Shown here in pieces: positions 1-12,154 of a stretch of 64,000 nucleotides of DNA; within the stretch, counting starts at the first letter, position 1; each line of letters starts with the position of its first letter. The position numbers were made by a program, and so were the translations under genes. The notes below the pieces were generated by a model, which saw only the letters and a program-made list of their open reading frames with translations, had not been told where the DNA came from and ran no database searches. Origin of the DNA: Callorhinchus milii (taxonomy: Eukaryota); NCBI RefSeq assembly GCF_018977255.1, contig NW_024704743.1, forward strand, positions 70,682,001 through 70,746,000, read 5' to 3'.

Positions 1-740
1 CATGGTTGCACACCAGGCCAGTCAGGAACATAGGTGTCTTGTTCTACCCTCAACTGTCTTTTCTCCCCCACATTCAAGCCATGACCTGCTCTGCCTTCCC
101 TCACCTCCTAAACATCGTCCGACTCAGGCCGCTGAAACTCTTGTTCATGCCTTCATCACCTCCAGGCTCGACTATGCAAACACCCTGCTTGTCAGCCTTC
201 CCAACTCCTCCCTCCACAGGCTGCAGATAATCCAGTACTCTGCAGCCCATGTCCTCTTCCGTACCAAACTCCATGACCCCATCTCCCCCACTCTCGTCTG
301 ACTCCACTGGCTCCCTACCCAGTTCAAGATCCTGGTCCTCACATACAAAGCCCTCCATGACCTCACCCCACTCTACCTCTGCGACCTCCTAACCCCCTAC
401 CAACCCACCCATTCCCTCCGTTCAGCCGGCTCTGGCTTGCTCCATGTTCCCCGACCCACCCACCCCACCATTGGCAGGGGAGCCTTCAGCCACTCTGCCC
501 CCAATCTCTGGAATTCCATCCCCCAATCATTCCGCCTCGCCACCTCCTTAGCCTCCTTCAAGCCCTGTCTCAAAACCCTCCTCTTCAACCATGCCATCGG
601 CCACCCCTCTTCCCCTCTCCTCCCTTCTCCCCCCTGATCCCAGCTCGGGTCTGAAATGCTGTACTCTGTCCAGTGCCTTCGGACGTCCTCCCGACGTGAA
701 AGGCGCTATACAAATGTAATCTTGTTTTTGTTGTTGTTGT
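1..740 (+). mobile_element. L2-clade LINE, 3' fragment
   Basis: ORF2 C-terminal motifs AETLVHAFITSRLDYAN..LQIIQ and GRGAFSHSAPNLWNSIP. Tail gccttcggacgtcctcccgacgtgaaaggcgctatacaaatgtaatc followed by (TTG)n. Confidence 0.9.
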
Positions 741-922
741 ATCTGAAAGACGGCACCGCAATCAGATGTCAGCCTACACAACAATCTCAAATCCTGACAT
801 AGGATTTAAATTTACAACTTTCTTACTTACTGTGTAGGAAAGAAAATTCTTCCAATGTCTGTGGCTTTAGGATTTTAAGCCCTTGTCCTGTCATACAAAT
901 TAAAAAGTCTGCTTGTTTCTAG

Positions 923-1185
923 AATCATAGAAATTTATCACAGAAATTTGCAGTGCAGAAGCAGGCTAGTGGGAATTAAATGAACAATTTGCTTTGAAGC
1001 AGTGCAAACTGAGCAAACTGTCCATTCAATCTCAGTACCTTTCCCTATCCCCATTGCTCTGCCCCAGTCAAATTCCCTCACGATGCAACGTAATACTTGA
1101 ATAGCTTTATTTGTAGTAACTTCACTTTGTCTGGAAAACTTCAGTGAATGATGAATAAGCATATCCAAATCCCCTCTGCTAATGG
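923..1185 (-). mobile_element. Degraded CR1-like LINE remnant
   Basis: Minus-strand DLDMLIHHSLKFSRQSEVTTNKAIQVLRCI resembles the CR1 post-RT motif. A reversed (TTCTATGA)-type tail lies near 923. Confidence 0.5.
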
Positions 1186-1879
1186 TCACTTAGTCATTAA
1201 TACAGATGTTAACCGNTTTTTTCTCCAATATGCCATAGGTTGTGTTTAACTGCGTTAAAATCCATCTGACACTTCCTCCCCATCTATTTTAATTGCTTCA
1301 GATTTTACTGAATGTTATTTATCCTCCTATTATTTACCTGATTGTGTAGCTTGGCTTTAGCAGCAGGTGTTAAAGTATCAAATGAAGTGCTATCCTCCAA
1401 GTTACTTATCAATAGTGTAAACATTGGCTGTAGGATAAATACCACCATTTTATCTTGATTTGTGGACGATTCTTCATTTCAACCTTAATTTTGGAAGCTG
1501 AATATTTTTAAGATCTGCAGAAAGATGACTACCAATTCAAGACTGCATTTGAATATTTTTTCGTAATTCAGCACAATCTTAAATTGTAAAGCGAAAATTG
1601 CCTTGTAGGCTAAAAGTAGGTGGGATTTCAGAATTCAGACTTCAGGGTATCCACAACAGACCATGGTAGAACTCTGCTTGGAACACTGTACCACTGTACA
1701 CGTCCCCATATCCAATTGTTGTTGTATTCCTTCTTATTATCTTATTCCCAAAGGTAGTCTACAATCCAACCAGCTATTTTGCCATTAGGTCTGTGAATTT
1801 TAACCATCTTCATACTGTATCACATCATGAAAAAACATATTAGAGACTTTGAACTCACAGCCTGGGCTGATACTGCAAT

Positions 1880-2440
1880 CAAGAGGTGCCATTCATTTGC
1901 CATTATCTGGGAAGCTTCCTGTTGCTTGTTCAGCTTGGCCCTCCCAAGCTGTTAGTACTTTGGTTTGCAGGGTTAACGGGAACTGAGTGGGAAATTTCTG
2001 GTCTGTTCCCACTGATTGGTTTGCCCCTCCAAGTGCTGCTGATGAGTCAGACCGGCGAGTCTGTCATCATCAGGGCCCTGGAATACTGTAGGATCACCTG
2101 GTTGAGGAACTAGACTTTGGAGACTGCCACAGAGGGTTGACACAATTCCGACATTCTATTGCCAAGCAGACACATTGGAGCTGAACTAATGGGAAGGGAC
2201 TTGTGCCTGAGCTGTGGATAGGAATATGATAGCAATGCTCTCACGCATTTCATGCTGAGCTGTAGTGCCTACCAGGAAGCTTGCAGGGAGTTCCTGGTAC
2301 CTACCATCCTAACTAGTGAGGGCTCAAACCCGCGCTTGTCAGATGTGGAATGATCAACTAGTAACTGTCCTCTTTGGGAGGGAGGTAAACAAGGTCACCC
2401 AGCTGACCAAAAAACAAGACACCCAGCTGACCAAAAAAAA
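1880..2440 (+). mobile_element. Unclassified non-LTR retroelement fragment with C-terminal CCHC zinc-knuckle motif
   Basis: The frame at 2198 reads DLCLSCG*EYDSNALTHFMLSCSAYQEACREFL. It ends in duplicated cacccagctgaccaaaaaa. 1886-2180 is homologous (reverse complement) to 49885-50170 and in part to the 11745-12100 segment. Confidence 0.55.
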
Positions 2441-2558
2441 TGTGCTGAACTAGTCCAACGAGACGTTATTTACTTCCCCTCAAAGAGGATAGTCACTAGT
2501 TGATTATTTGACATCTGAGAAGCACAGGTTTGAGCCCTCACAAAGTGGAAGGAGATAG

Positions 2559-2943
2559 TGGAGTCGTGTAGCTTAGTGGTTAGAGCAATTGCCTCGCAAA
2601 TGAGAGGACTTGGGTTTGATTCCCGGTTAGGGCGAAATGTTGGGCAAGTTTTCTTACTCCACACGCTTGTTTTCCTAGCAGTAAGTAGGAACCCTGTCAA
2701 TGGCTCGCTTTTCTGGGGATAATAAACCCTTCAAAATATTTTTTTTAAATAATAATTATTGGTCACTCAATCCATGACTGTTTGTGGGATACTGCTGTAC
2801 ACAACTGGCTGCCACGTTTCGTCCACAAAACATACAGTCAATTAGTTTTCCAGTGCATTCTGTGAAGCGCGTTGAAACGTCTCAATGACATGATAAGGCA
2901 CTGTATCAAATGCAAGGATTATTATTACTATTATTATTATTAT
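2559..2943 (+). mobile_element. Full-length tRNA-derived SINE (type A head, partial Deu-like body, L2-like tail)
   Basis: A-box TAGCTTAGTGG, B-box GGTTTGATTCC, body gactgtttgtgggatactgctgtacacaactggctgcc, tail tgtgaagcgcg..gataaggcactgtatcaaatgcaagg(ATT)n. Confidence 0.85.
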
Positions 2944-4711
2944 AGCACAAACTGCCTGGGAGCTTCTTGGTGAGCAGCTCTGCTCAACATGAAATGCGTT
3001 ACAGCATTGCCACTGTCTTCCTGCCCACAACTCGGACATATATCCCTTCCCATTAAACAATGGTTCCAATATTTGGAGGTGCAGAGTTTGAGCAGTAGCT
3101 GCTTAGCTCATTGTACATCAATCAAGATGAATACCAAACTCTGGATATATGAGCGTGTGTTCACAAACCTGGACTCCAGGTAATGCCTTCCTGCAGCTGT
3201 CGTACCAAACCTTAGAATTTCCTCATCAGCTATTCGATGGACCTGTCTTCAGCATGGTAAAACAACCTTATTGATAAATGAGCATTAGCCGACTGGCTGC
3301 TTTTACAATGATGTGTTAATTAGCACCATGCACTGTGAATGTGTAAAGAAAAGATTTCCATCAGCAGAAAGTCAGACATGCTCACCCACCAAGTTTATTA
3401 CATTCACTGACAATCAGAGATCACCCCAGCATGTTATGCTAAATCTAACACCTCCCACAATGATCTGTTATCAACCTATTGCCATCAGTGCTTCAGAACA
3501 GACATACATCAGCCCATCACATCTGTTCCCACTCAGCACATACAGCAGATTGTAGAGAGGTCTTACAAACGAGAGTAGTTATAGAATTAATATATATCAA
3601 GTAAAAAAAACTTAGCACATTTCTTAGAGCAAGCATTTACCCATATATGTAATATTCCTCATGGAATAATACATCCAAGATAGGGAGAGAGATATTTATC
3701 TGCTTTATGTGCTCACAGATGTACAATGTACTTAACACTCCATAGCTCCTTATAGACTGGAGTAATGTTTACTTAAACATATTTGAATCTTTTATTAGGC
3801 AAGAGGAAATTGGAGCAACCGACCTTAGGCATAGACAGATTAATGGGAACAGTCTTTGATTTCTCTACTTAATTCTCTATCCTGAGAACTGACTGTGGTC
3901 ATTAATCACAGAGCAAATTGGGAATTGAGACCAGCAGCTTCAACAAATAAAGAACAATGTCCTGCAAGTAGTTCATACAAGTGTCTGACCACCCAAGGCT
4001 CATGTTCATGTAAAACTACAGCTAAAAAATTAAATACCAGAGTGAAGGGTGACCCTTTGTGTCTGGCACATAACACCCACTGTCTCTTACCTCCACATAC
4101 TTGTAGAGGAGAAAAGTCAACATGTTTGGTTCAAACTATTGCTTTTGAGGAAGAGTAAAATGTCACGATACACCCAAACAAAGAATCCTTGAAACTGCAT
4201 TTATTAAAAGTAGCATAAAAACTAACACATTTGATTGGAAGGTCTGTTGTGAAACTTTCCTGACTGTATGAAACCATAACTTGATTCTAAAAGGCTTTCA
4301 AATAAAGGAGAAAGAATTATTAGTTTGCAGTTTTTCAACAACAACTTGCATTATAAATCTACACACTTTATGATAAATCAATAAATCAATCCTTGATATA
4401 GCATTTGGTCTAGTGTTGTTTACATTGGGAGGAGGTCCCAAAGTGCTTCACATGATTTTACTGGAAAGTGTAAATTTGTGAAAACGGCAATCATCTCTGC
4501 ACACAGCAATGTCCCACTAACACCGTGAAGTGAGTGATTGATTTTATTTGGAGGATTGGATCACCACAAGAAACTACCATCTCTTTTCAAAATAGTGCTA
4601 TGGGATCTTTAATATCCAGAGAAGCAGACAGATGGGACCTTGGTTTAACATTTCATGTGAAGGAATGGCACTTCCTACAAAATTCATGTTATATAAATAT
4701 ATTAATAATAA

Positions 4712-5030
4712 TAAATAATAATAATCCTTGAATTTGATATAGCGCTTTTCACGTCGGGAGGATGTCCCAAAGCACTTCACAGAATACACTGTAAAGTGAA
4801 TTGACTGTATATTTGTGGGCGAACGTGGCAGCCAATTGCGCACAGCAATGTCCCATAAACAGTTGTAGATTGAAAATGACCAATTTATTATTGTTTTGGG
4901 TTTTTGGAGGGATTATTATTAGGCGTGTGGAGTAAGGAAACTTGCCCAAGGCTTCGCCCTCTGCCTGGAATTGAACTCAGGTCTCTCGCTTGCAAAGTGA
5001 GTGCTCTAACCACTGAGCTACAGGACTCCA
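4712..5030 (-). mobile_element. tRNA-derived SINE, type A head
   Basis: Reverse complement begins TGGAGTCCTGTAGCTCAGTGGTTAGAGCACTCACTTTGCAAGCGAGAGACCTGAGTTCAATTCC. Same body as 2559-2943; the tail carries the L2-type gggacatcctcccgacgtgaaaagcgctata. Confidence 0.85.
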
Positions 5031-5164
5031 GGAAGAAATAGACAGTAGATCATTTCACCCATTAAGCTTGTTTCTTCAATCTACACAATCATGGAGTCTT
5101 CATGAACTTCCTTTTCTAAAGGAAAGTTCTGTTTATTTTCTCTGACTTCTCTTCCCCTATTGAG

Positions 5165-6432
5165 GCTCCCTCTGCCTCCTCGTCCTCCTCGACCTATCGG
5201 CAGCATTCGATACGGTCGACCACGCTATCCTCCTCCACCGCTTGTCCTCCCACCTAAACCTTCAAGGCCCTGTCCTTGAGTGGTTTAGGTCGTACCTCTC
5301 CCAAACTCTTCACTTTCCTCCACCCCCGCACTGTCTTGTGCGGTGTCCCTCAAGGCTCTGTCCTCGGTCCCCTCCTCGTCACCCTCTATATGCTCCCCCT
5401 TGGTGACATCATCCGCAGACATGGGGTTAACTTCCACATGTATGCGGATGACACCCAACTCTACCTTTCCTCCTCTACCCTCAACTCCACGACCACCGAT
5501 GTCCTGACTGCCTGCCTGTCCGACATCGAGTCCTGAACGAGAGATAACTTTCTCCAGCTCAACGTGCGCAAAACTGAGGCCCTCCTGATTGACTCGCGTC
5601 AGCGCCTCCGCACCTCAGGCGCTGACAGCATCAGCATCCAAGGCTGCACTCTCCACCTCTCAAAGCAGTCAGGAACCTCGGGGTTCTGTTCGACCCTGAG
5701 CTGTCCTTTCTCCCTCATATCTGCGCCACAACTGGCACCGCCTTCCATCACCTCCGGAATGTCGCCAGACTACGGCACTACCTCACCCCTCACGCTGCTG
5801 AAACTCTGGTCCACGCCTTTATCACCTCAAGGCTGGACTATGGGAACTCTCTCCTCGCCGGCCTTCCCGCCACCTCCCTCCACAAGCCGCAGGTCATTCA
5901 GAACTCTGCAGCTCGTGTACTGTCCCGCACCAGGCTTCGCGACCACATCACTCCCACCCTCGCTCGCCTCCACTGGCTCCCCATCCCCCAGAGGATCGAA
6001 TTCAAGATCCTCACCCTCACCTACAAGGCCATTCACGGCCTCGCTCCCTCCTACCTCTCCGACCTACTATCCCCCTACCTACCTGCCCGTACCCTCCGTT
6101 CCTCTGGCTCCGGTCTGCTCCACATCCCCCGCCCCAAACGCCCTACCATCGTGGCCGGGCCTTAAGCCTCTCAGCCCCGAGGCTCTGGAACTCTATCCCC
6201 CAGTGCCTTCGCCTCGCTTCCTCCCTTTCCTCCTTCAAGGCCGGTCTCAAGACCTTTCTCTTTGACCGTGCCTTCAGCTCCCCTCTCGACTCTCTACCCC
6301 CTCCTCACTCCCTCCCTTCCCTCCCCTCACCCTGACCATTTCCCCCATGCTTGGGTCCTGACCCAACTGTACAGCGCCTTGGGACGTCCTCCCGACATGA
6401 AAGGCACTCAATAAATGGAATCTTGTTGTTGT
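5165..6432 (+). mobile_element. 5'-truncated L2 LINE with RT domain and intact 3' tail (frameshifted)
   Basis: [46 protein letters not shown]; stem-loop tail and (TTG)n. Confidence 0.93.
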
Positions 6433-6474
6433 ATTGAGCAAAATTGTAGAATCTCTCTATCTCCACATTTTATT

Positions 6475-7090
6475 CAAAACTCATCCACACTTTCATCATG
6501 TCCAGGCTTGACTACGGAAATGCCATGCCTGCTGGACTCCCCAGCTCATCCCTAACTTACATTTATATAGCGCTCCTCATGCAGACTAGCATCCCAGAGC
6601 ACTTAAACAAGCTGCAAACTATCTAGAACTTCCTGCCTATGTCCTCTCCCACCCTGGGCTCTGGGAGCCTTTCATTCTCATTCTCAACTGTTTCCCCACA
6701 CCCCCCAACAAATCGAGTTCAAGGTCTTCATTCTCATTTTCAAACTTCTCCATGATCTCGCCCCATCCCTACCTTTATGACCTCCTTTAGTCCCACTGAT
6801 CCAGGAACTCGCTTTACTCAGCGAGCACTGACCTGCTTCATATCCCTTGCCTTATCCGCTCTGCCATCGTCAGGCCAGTTTTCAGCCATTCTGCCATACC
6901 AGACACCTTGCAACTTGCTCGCTCCCTCCCCTCTTTCAGGGCCTGTCTCAAAATGTAATTCTTTGACTGCGCATTAGATCATCCTTCCCCCACCCACTTT
7001 AGCTCCCAGCCCCGCTTTGGTGCCCATCTTGCAGTGTCTAGTACTTTGAGATGTGAAAAGCGCTATATAAATGTAAACTGTATTGCAATG
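6475..7090 (+). mobile_element. Older degraded L2 3' fragment
   Basis: FIMSRLDYGNA-like and IEFKVFIL motifs; degenerate tail at 7030-7085. Confidence 0.7.
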
Positions 7091-7808
7091 AAAACCTGAC
7101 CACTTGTTTTCCATGCAGAATAGAGAAACTAAAAAGCATTTGATTCTATCTATACTTATGCTTCTGAATTTAAATCTCAACCCCTAAACCAGATATTTAT
7201 TCAGTTTTGGGTTGTTGTGAATGTCACAATATCTGCTTGGAGTGTTAGAATTGGTCCTCATTTAAATCTCAATAATTTCTTCATCTCACCAAAACGATAG
7301 AACCACATGAGAGTATTATTTACTAACTACAAAATCATTTATATTCAGCCACTCACACACCGTCTTAAAAAAAAGTTGAACAAAATTTTACAAAGCAAAT
7401 AATCAAAATGTAAGCAAATTAGTAATTGCATCATTTTAAATGACAAATTAATTTAATTTCTATTTAGTAATTGCATATAATTATTACCATCTACCCTTTA
7501 ATATATTTTGATTTGATGCTGTTTTTATTTAATCTACAATGATTGTGGGTATTTTATTCAGTCACTACATTCGCTTACAAAATACAGCTACAACACTTTA
7601 CAGTAAAAATCCTGGGAAGTGCTTTGAGACATCTTGACAATGTGATAAGGCGCTATAACAAAAGTAAGGATTATTATATTATTATCATCTGTTTGAAAAT
7701 AATCTCCCATGTCTGGTATATTTGCACATGTTCATAACGTTATATAATTGAAATAGAAAGTGCATGGATGTGTAATGAGCTGAAACTGCAGCAGCAGTAT
7801 GTATATAC

Positions 7809-7975
7809 AACAATAACAACAACAAAATTACATTTTTAAAGTGCCTTCCACATCAGGAGGACGTCCCAAGGCATTGAACAGTCGGGGATCAGGACCTGAG
7901 CTTGTGGTGGGCAGGGTTGGGATAGGCAGAAAAGTAGGAGGGTGGCTGAAGGCACGGTCAAAAAGGAAGATTTTA
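7809..7975 (-). mobile_element. L2 3' terminal fragment
   Basis: (CAA)n followed by the reversed tail aggaggacgtcccaaggc. Confidence 0.75.
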
Positions 7976-8474
7976 GTTATAAGTGCACATTTACAACCCA
8001 TTTCTAAATTGGTGAGCAATTAATACATACGTATATTGTATGAGACTACTGAACACTGCACTGCACTGCAGGGATACAGAAATAAGTTAGTTGGATGCAT
8101 AATTCAATTTGATTTCCGAATTGGAAGTGACAGCAACATTTAACTTTTTACGAATTCAAGGAACAGTAGTTAACACTTCTTTCAATTCATTTGAGCTTAT
8201 TCACCTTTTATGTTAATGGCTTTCAGTTAAATATTTTCTGATACTCAAAGAATCCTCTGACTGGATAGGATGAGCAATTTTTTTTGGTTAGCTTGGTATC
8301 TGACACATGTGAAACTTTGTCGCCATGCTTAAAGAGTATCCAAATAAGACTGAGACTTCTACTTCGCATGGGAATTTCCCTGTGTCTAGATATAAGAATA
8401 CACCCTGATTACCCAATTAAGGAAAATAATAGGCGCAGATTGGCATGAGTCAAGGTTTGGGCATTCTTTGGAGT

Positions 8475-8905
8475 AACAACAACAACAAATTTCATTTGTA
8501 GAGCGCCTTTCATGTCAGGAGGGGTTTTTGAAGGGAGTGGCGTGTGAGGAAGGAGCGAAGCTGCGAAGCAACGACTCAATCCAGGTCCTTGGAAAGGAAA
8601 GGAAGGTTGGAGATTGGGTGGTAGTTCGAGAGCAGGGATGGGTCCAGGGAGGGTTTATTAGGACAGGAGTGATGACAGCCATTTTAAAAGGCGTAGGAAT
8701 GGTGCCAGTGGACAGGGAGAGGTATATAATGTCTGCGAATGGGTGGGGGGGCGATGCAAGGAGGTGGAGCTGGGAGGTAAGGAGAGGGGTAGGGATGGGA
8801 TCGAGGGAACAGTTGGTCAGTTTCATGTGAATTATAGTGGTGATGAGAGAAGAGGGGGAGACAGGGTCGAAGGTGTGGAGGGAGGGATGGAGGGATGGCG
8901 GGGTG
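8475..8905 (-). mobile_element. Internally deleted L2 (pre-RT region fused to 3' tail)
   Basis: Minus ORF MKLTNCSLDPIPTPLL..GTIPTPFKMAVITPVL joins the tail directly at a cctcc microhomology (~8520). Confidence 0.75.
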
Positions 8906-10699
8906 TGAGCCTCAGTTTTTAACACTTCAGTCACTCAATAGACTTGGCAACGTTTCAAGATGCCTGATGGGTTTTATAATTAAAAACAGTCCAAATAAGT
9001 AAATGCATTGATCTCATGAACCATCCTAGTCAATTGTGACAATATAATTTATAGCATTATTTTTTTAAACAGTGTTAAGAGTTAGGGCCTAAAATTCCAT
9101 CTTTACATTTGAAAATTAATGGCAGAATTTGGAGAGTAAATAATGCAAACCATCTTAAAATCCCAGTAAAATTATTTCGTCCTATTTTGAGGCAGGAAGA
9201 AATATTCATGATATCTTCGAAAAGCCACAATTGACTCTTATTAACTGGTGAGGTTTATTCCACTGTCAGTTTACTCTAAAAATTCTATTGATTTTCACTC
9301 TTTTAAGACCACCGTTAGTTTACAGATGGTATATATCCACCTAAGCGTAGCTACAGGCTACTGTAGACAGAAGTAACAAGGCAGATTGCACAGCAGGTAA
9401 GATGGGGAAGTTGTTCCTTTAAGTAAAACAATCTTTATGTTCTGCTGTTTATGCCTTAAGCCATAAATATTTGTGTTTTAGACAAAGGTCAATTCTGTGT
9501 GCATTTTGCACCTCTTATCAGATCTTCGTCTGCTTAGACATCTTTTTGTACAAAGAATTACATCCCACATTTACTTCACTCGCTTTAAAGGACGAATACC
9601 AAACAAATGTGGTTACTATTGATAAAAGATGTTACTGGACTCAAGAAACTAGAATTTATTGCACTGTAGCACACTTCCAAGACCTTAAAAATGTAGAGAA
9701 TGTTAGTAAATCTTGAAACATAGTTTCTGTAGACGTCATTTTTACGATGGGATGCTTTAGGACTAGAACAGCCCATCTGCTTTCAGACAAAACCAGGTTT
9801 TCTGTTTCCACACAAAAACATTCTTCAAAGTGCCTGAACAACAAATCTCACAATTAATTTTTTTTAAAGTGGTGCCCTACTTCAAGAAATGCAAGAAAGT
9901 TTGCATTTCACGAGCAGGTGGAAACTTTTCAAAATGTTTGGAGTTATTTTAAGGTTACTGACTACATCATGATCCCCAAATCCTGCCAAGTGATAGACAT
10001 AGGTAGCCACTTTGAATGTACCAAAAATCAGATTAGGTGGATGACAACTTTCCTCCAAATCCTCATGCAACAATGCATGACACGTTGTCCATCTACCAGG
10101 GCAGTTGGGGAGAGAGACAGAACAGCTGAAAGCTTAATAAAATAAATCAACATTTATTTTCTTTATTTCCTACATTGCTTTTCCCCTAGCAGTCAACACT
10201 GCATTATTGTCCAATTCAACAAGCAGTGTGTGACAAGGGCATACATTTTTTGTTGGCTTCTGACGATAACAATAGCCTTAGGCACAAACTCAAGATTTTC
10301 ACTGGAAGCATTAAGTGAAAGGTGAAGATACTTTTCCCACAGAGAATTAATAGAAAGTGGAATTCTTTGCCACAATTGAAGATCTATAATAAATTATGGT
10401 CAACAGTATTCCTGGTTTTGTTGTTACTAAAAAAAAATCTATATAAAGTAGCTTTCTTTAAACTATAGATCTGTGTCTCTGTAAAGATTGATACTTGCTA
10501 CTCAGTCTGGTAATGTGGTATGAGAACATTTAAAATCCAACACACAGGATAATTAGTATAGAGTAATTATTCTTCCTTTAGGAACGCAAAATAGACATAA
10601 AATGACCAAAGCACAGATTCCTGGTTGCAAAGTTTAAGCACCTTTTGCAGAAAATCCTTGCAGAAATCACTGCTAAATGTTTACCAGAGGTGACAGTAC

Positions 10700-12120
10700 C
10701 CAAATTGCAAGCTAGCTTTGTCAGTATCACTCTTATTCAGTAGGTCAAAAGGCCAAGGGTTCAAGCACCATGGTGGGGCTTGAGCTCACAGTCTGGCACT
10801 CCAGGGAACAATTCTGTGTGTGGGCTGACAGTGCAGAAACAACGATTGACAATGTAGCCAAACAATTTCTTGCTTCTGCAGCTGAGGTTGTAAGGAAAAT
10901 GAAGCTACAGCCTGCAAGACACTCATCCCTAAAGTGCAACCCTGTCAGGATAACCACAAAAGGAAGTAGAGCGATTAGGCGAAAGCAGAGAGTCTTTAAA
11001 GTGGTTCTTGAACCTCCCTCAGAGCAGGCTTTAACTACAGCAAAGGCAACGTACAACCAAGCATGCCATGAACATAGGAAAGTCAAGAGAAAAATGAAAT
11101 GGCCTCAGTGGGGTTCGTCACTCCAAAAGGGGGCACAACATCACAAGAACAATCCCAAATCTTTCCTCTGCTGGCTGTAGTCTGTTGTCGACCATGGCCG
11201 GAGGGGCCTCTCTGGACCTGTACCAGTGTTGTACAAGCCTGGTTCTACAGAAGGCCCCTGAGGGTATCCTTGGGGTCTGGAGGGAGCATCTGCATGGAGG
11301 CTGGAAGAGCCGGTGGGAGACATGGATCAGATTGAACGCCTTAATGATCCAATCCACTGGGAGGAGGTGGACTCTGCACTGCAGCGCCAATCGCACAGCA
11401 ACTGGCATGGACGGCATCAATGCTGAATTCGTAAAAGCTGCTCTGAGGGAGGAGATGGAGAATGGTGAGGATCTGAAAGGTTCAAGCCAGGAACTCCCAA
11501 CTCAGTTTGGAGCTGCTCTCCTAGCTCTGGTCAAAAGGATTCTCTCTGAGGCACGTCAGTGTTCCAGAGTGCAATTGTGGTGTCTGTCCACATGAAGGGC
11601 AGTTGGCTTTGTGTGATATTGTAGAACGTCGTAAGACTAAGGGGAAACCCATTGACATTGCGTTCATCAACTTCCACAACACATAGTCCCTCATGAGGCC
11701 CTCATGATGAAGCTGGAAACCTTGGAAACTCTTGGAAACTCGTGGAATCCTCCTGTTCAGCTCCTGTTAACCCTCCAAGCCAAAGCCCTAACAAATAAAG
11801 TGGTCCTAACTGGATAAGCAGCGGGAAAGCTTGTCAGACAATCCTATTAATGGCAAGCTATGCAGTTTTAGCTGGTTAGAATCCAGCAGTACCCCAACAC
11901 ACACTCTGGGGTACCAAATCTTTGGATCTTGCCAACCTGCGCCTAAAAGTTTCCAGAATTAGGTAAGCAGGATATGCTCTCCAGGGAGAGAGTGCACCTT
12001 CCATTCCAACAATCTATACTTTGGTGGGATTTTCATGGAATTCTCAGTTTGGTTTGGATACTCTTAAGTATGGTGATGGGTCTCTGAAGGTGTCATACAT
12101 CCAGCTGACCAAGAAAAAAG
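10700..12120 (+). mobile_element. Degraded non-LTR retrotransposon of uncertain clade (RT motifs) behind a SINE-like head
   Basis: TATGMDGINAEFVKAAL resembles RT domain 0. GKPIDIAFINFHN..VPHEALMMKLE (~11640-11720) resembles the FIDFxKAFDSVPH motif. Ends in catccagctgaccaagaaaaaag. Confidence 0.6.
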
Positions 12121-12154
12121 TTGATACTTCAGTGCAGTAATTGATTAAACTTAT

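Noticed and set aside
661..740. Recurrent motif gggacgtcctcccgacgtgaaaggcgct as a CRISPR-like repeat or RE1 site
   Set aside because: It is dispersed on both strands, at L2/SINE 3' ends with (TTG)n or (ATT)n, has no regular spacers, and lacks the GGACAG half-site spacing.
4955..5030. tRNA-Ala-like sequences (also 2559-2630)
   Set aside because: A and B boxes are present but the acceptor stem does not close, and the sequence runs into a SINE body and tail.
9470..10150. Cluster of short ORFs; KVATYVYHLAGFGDHDVVSNL faintly resembles a Harbinger transposase segment
   Set aside because: The similarity is too weak to call by eye and no catalytic motifs or splice-consistent exon are recognisable; needs a tBLASTn or HMM search.
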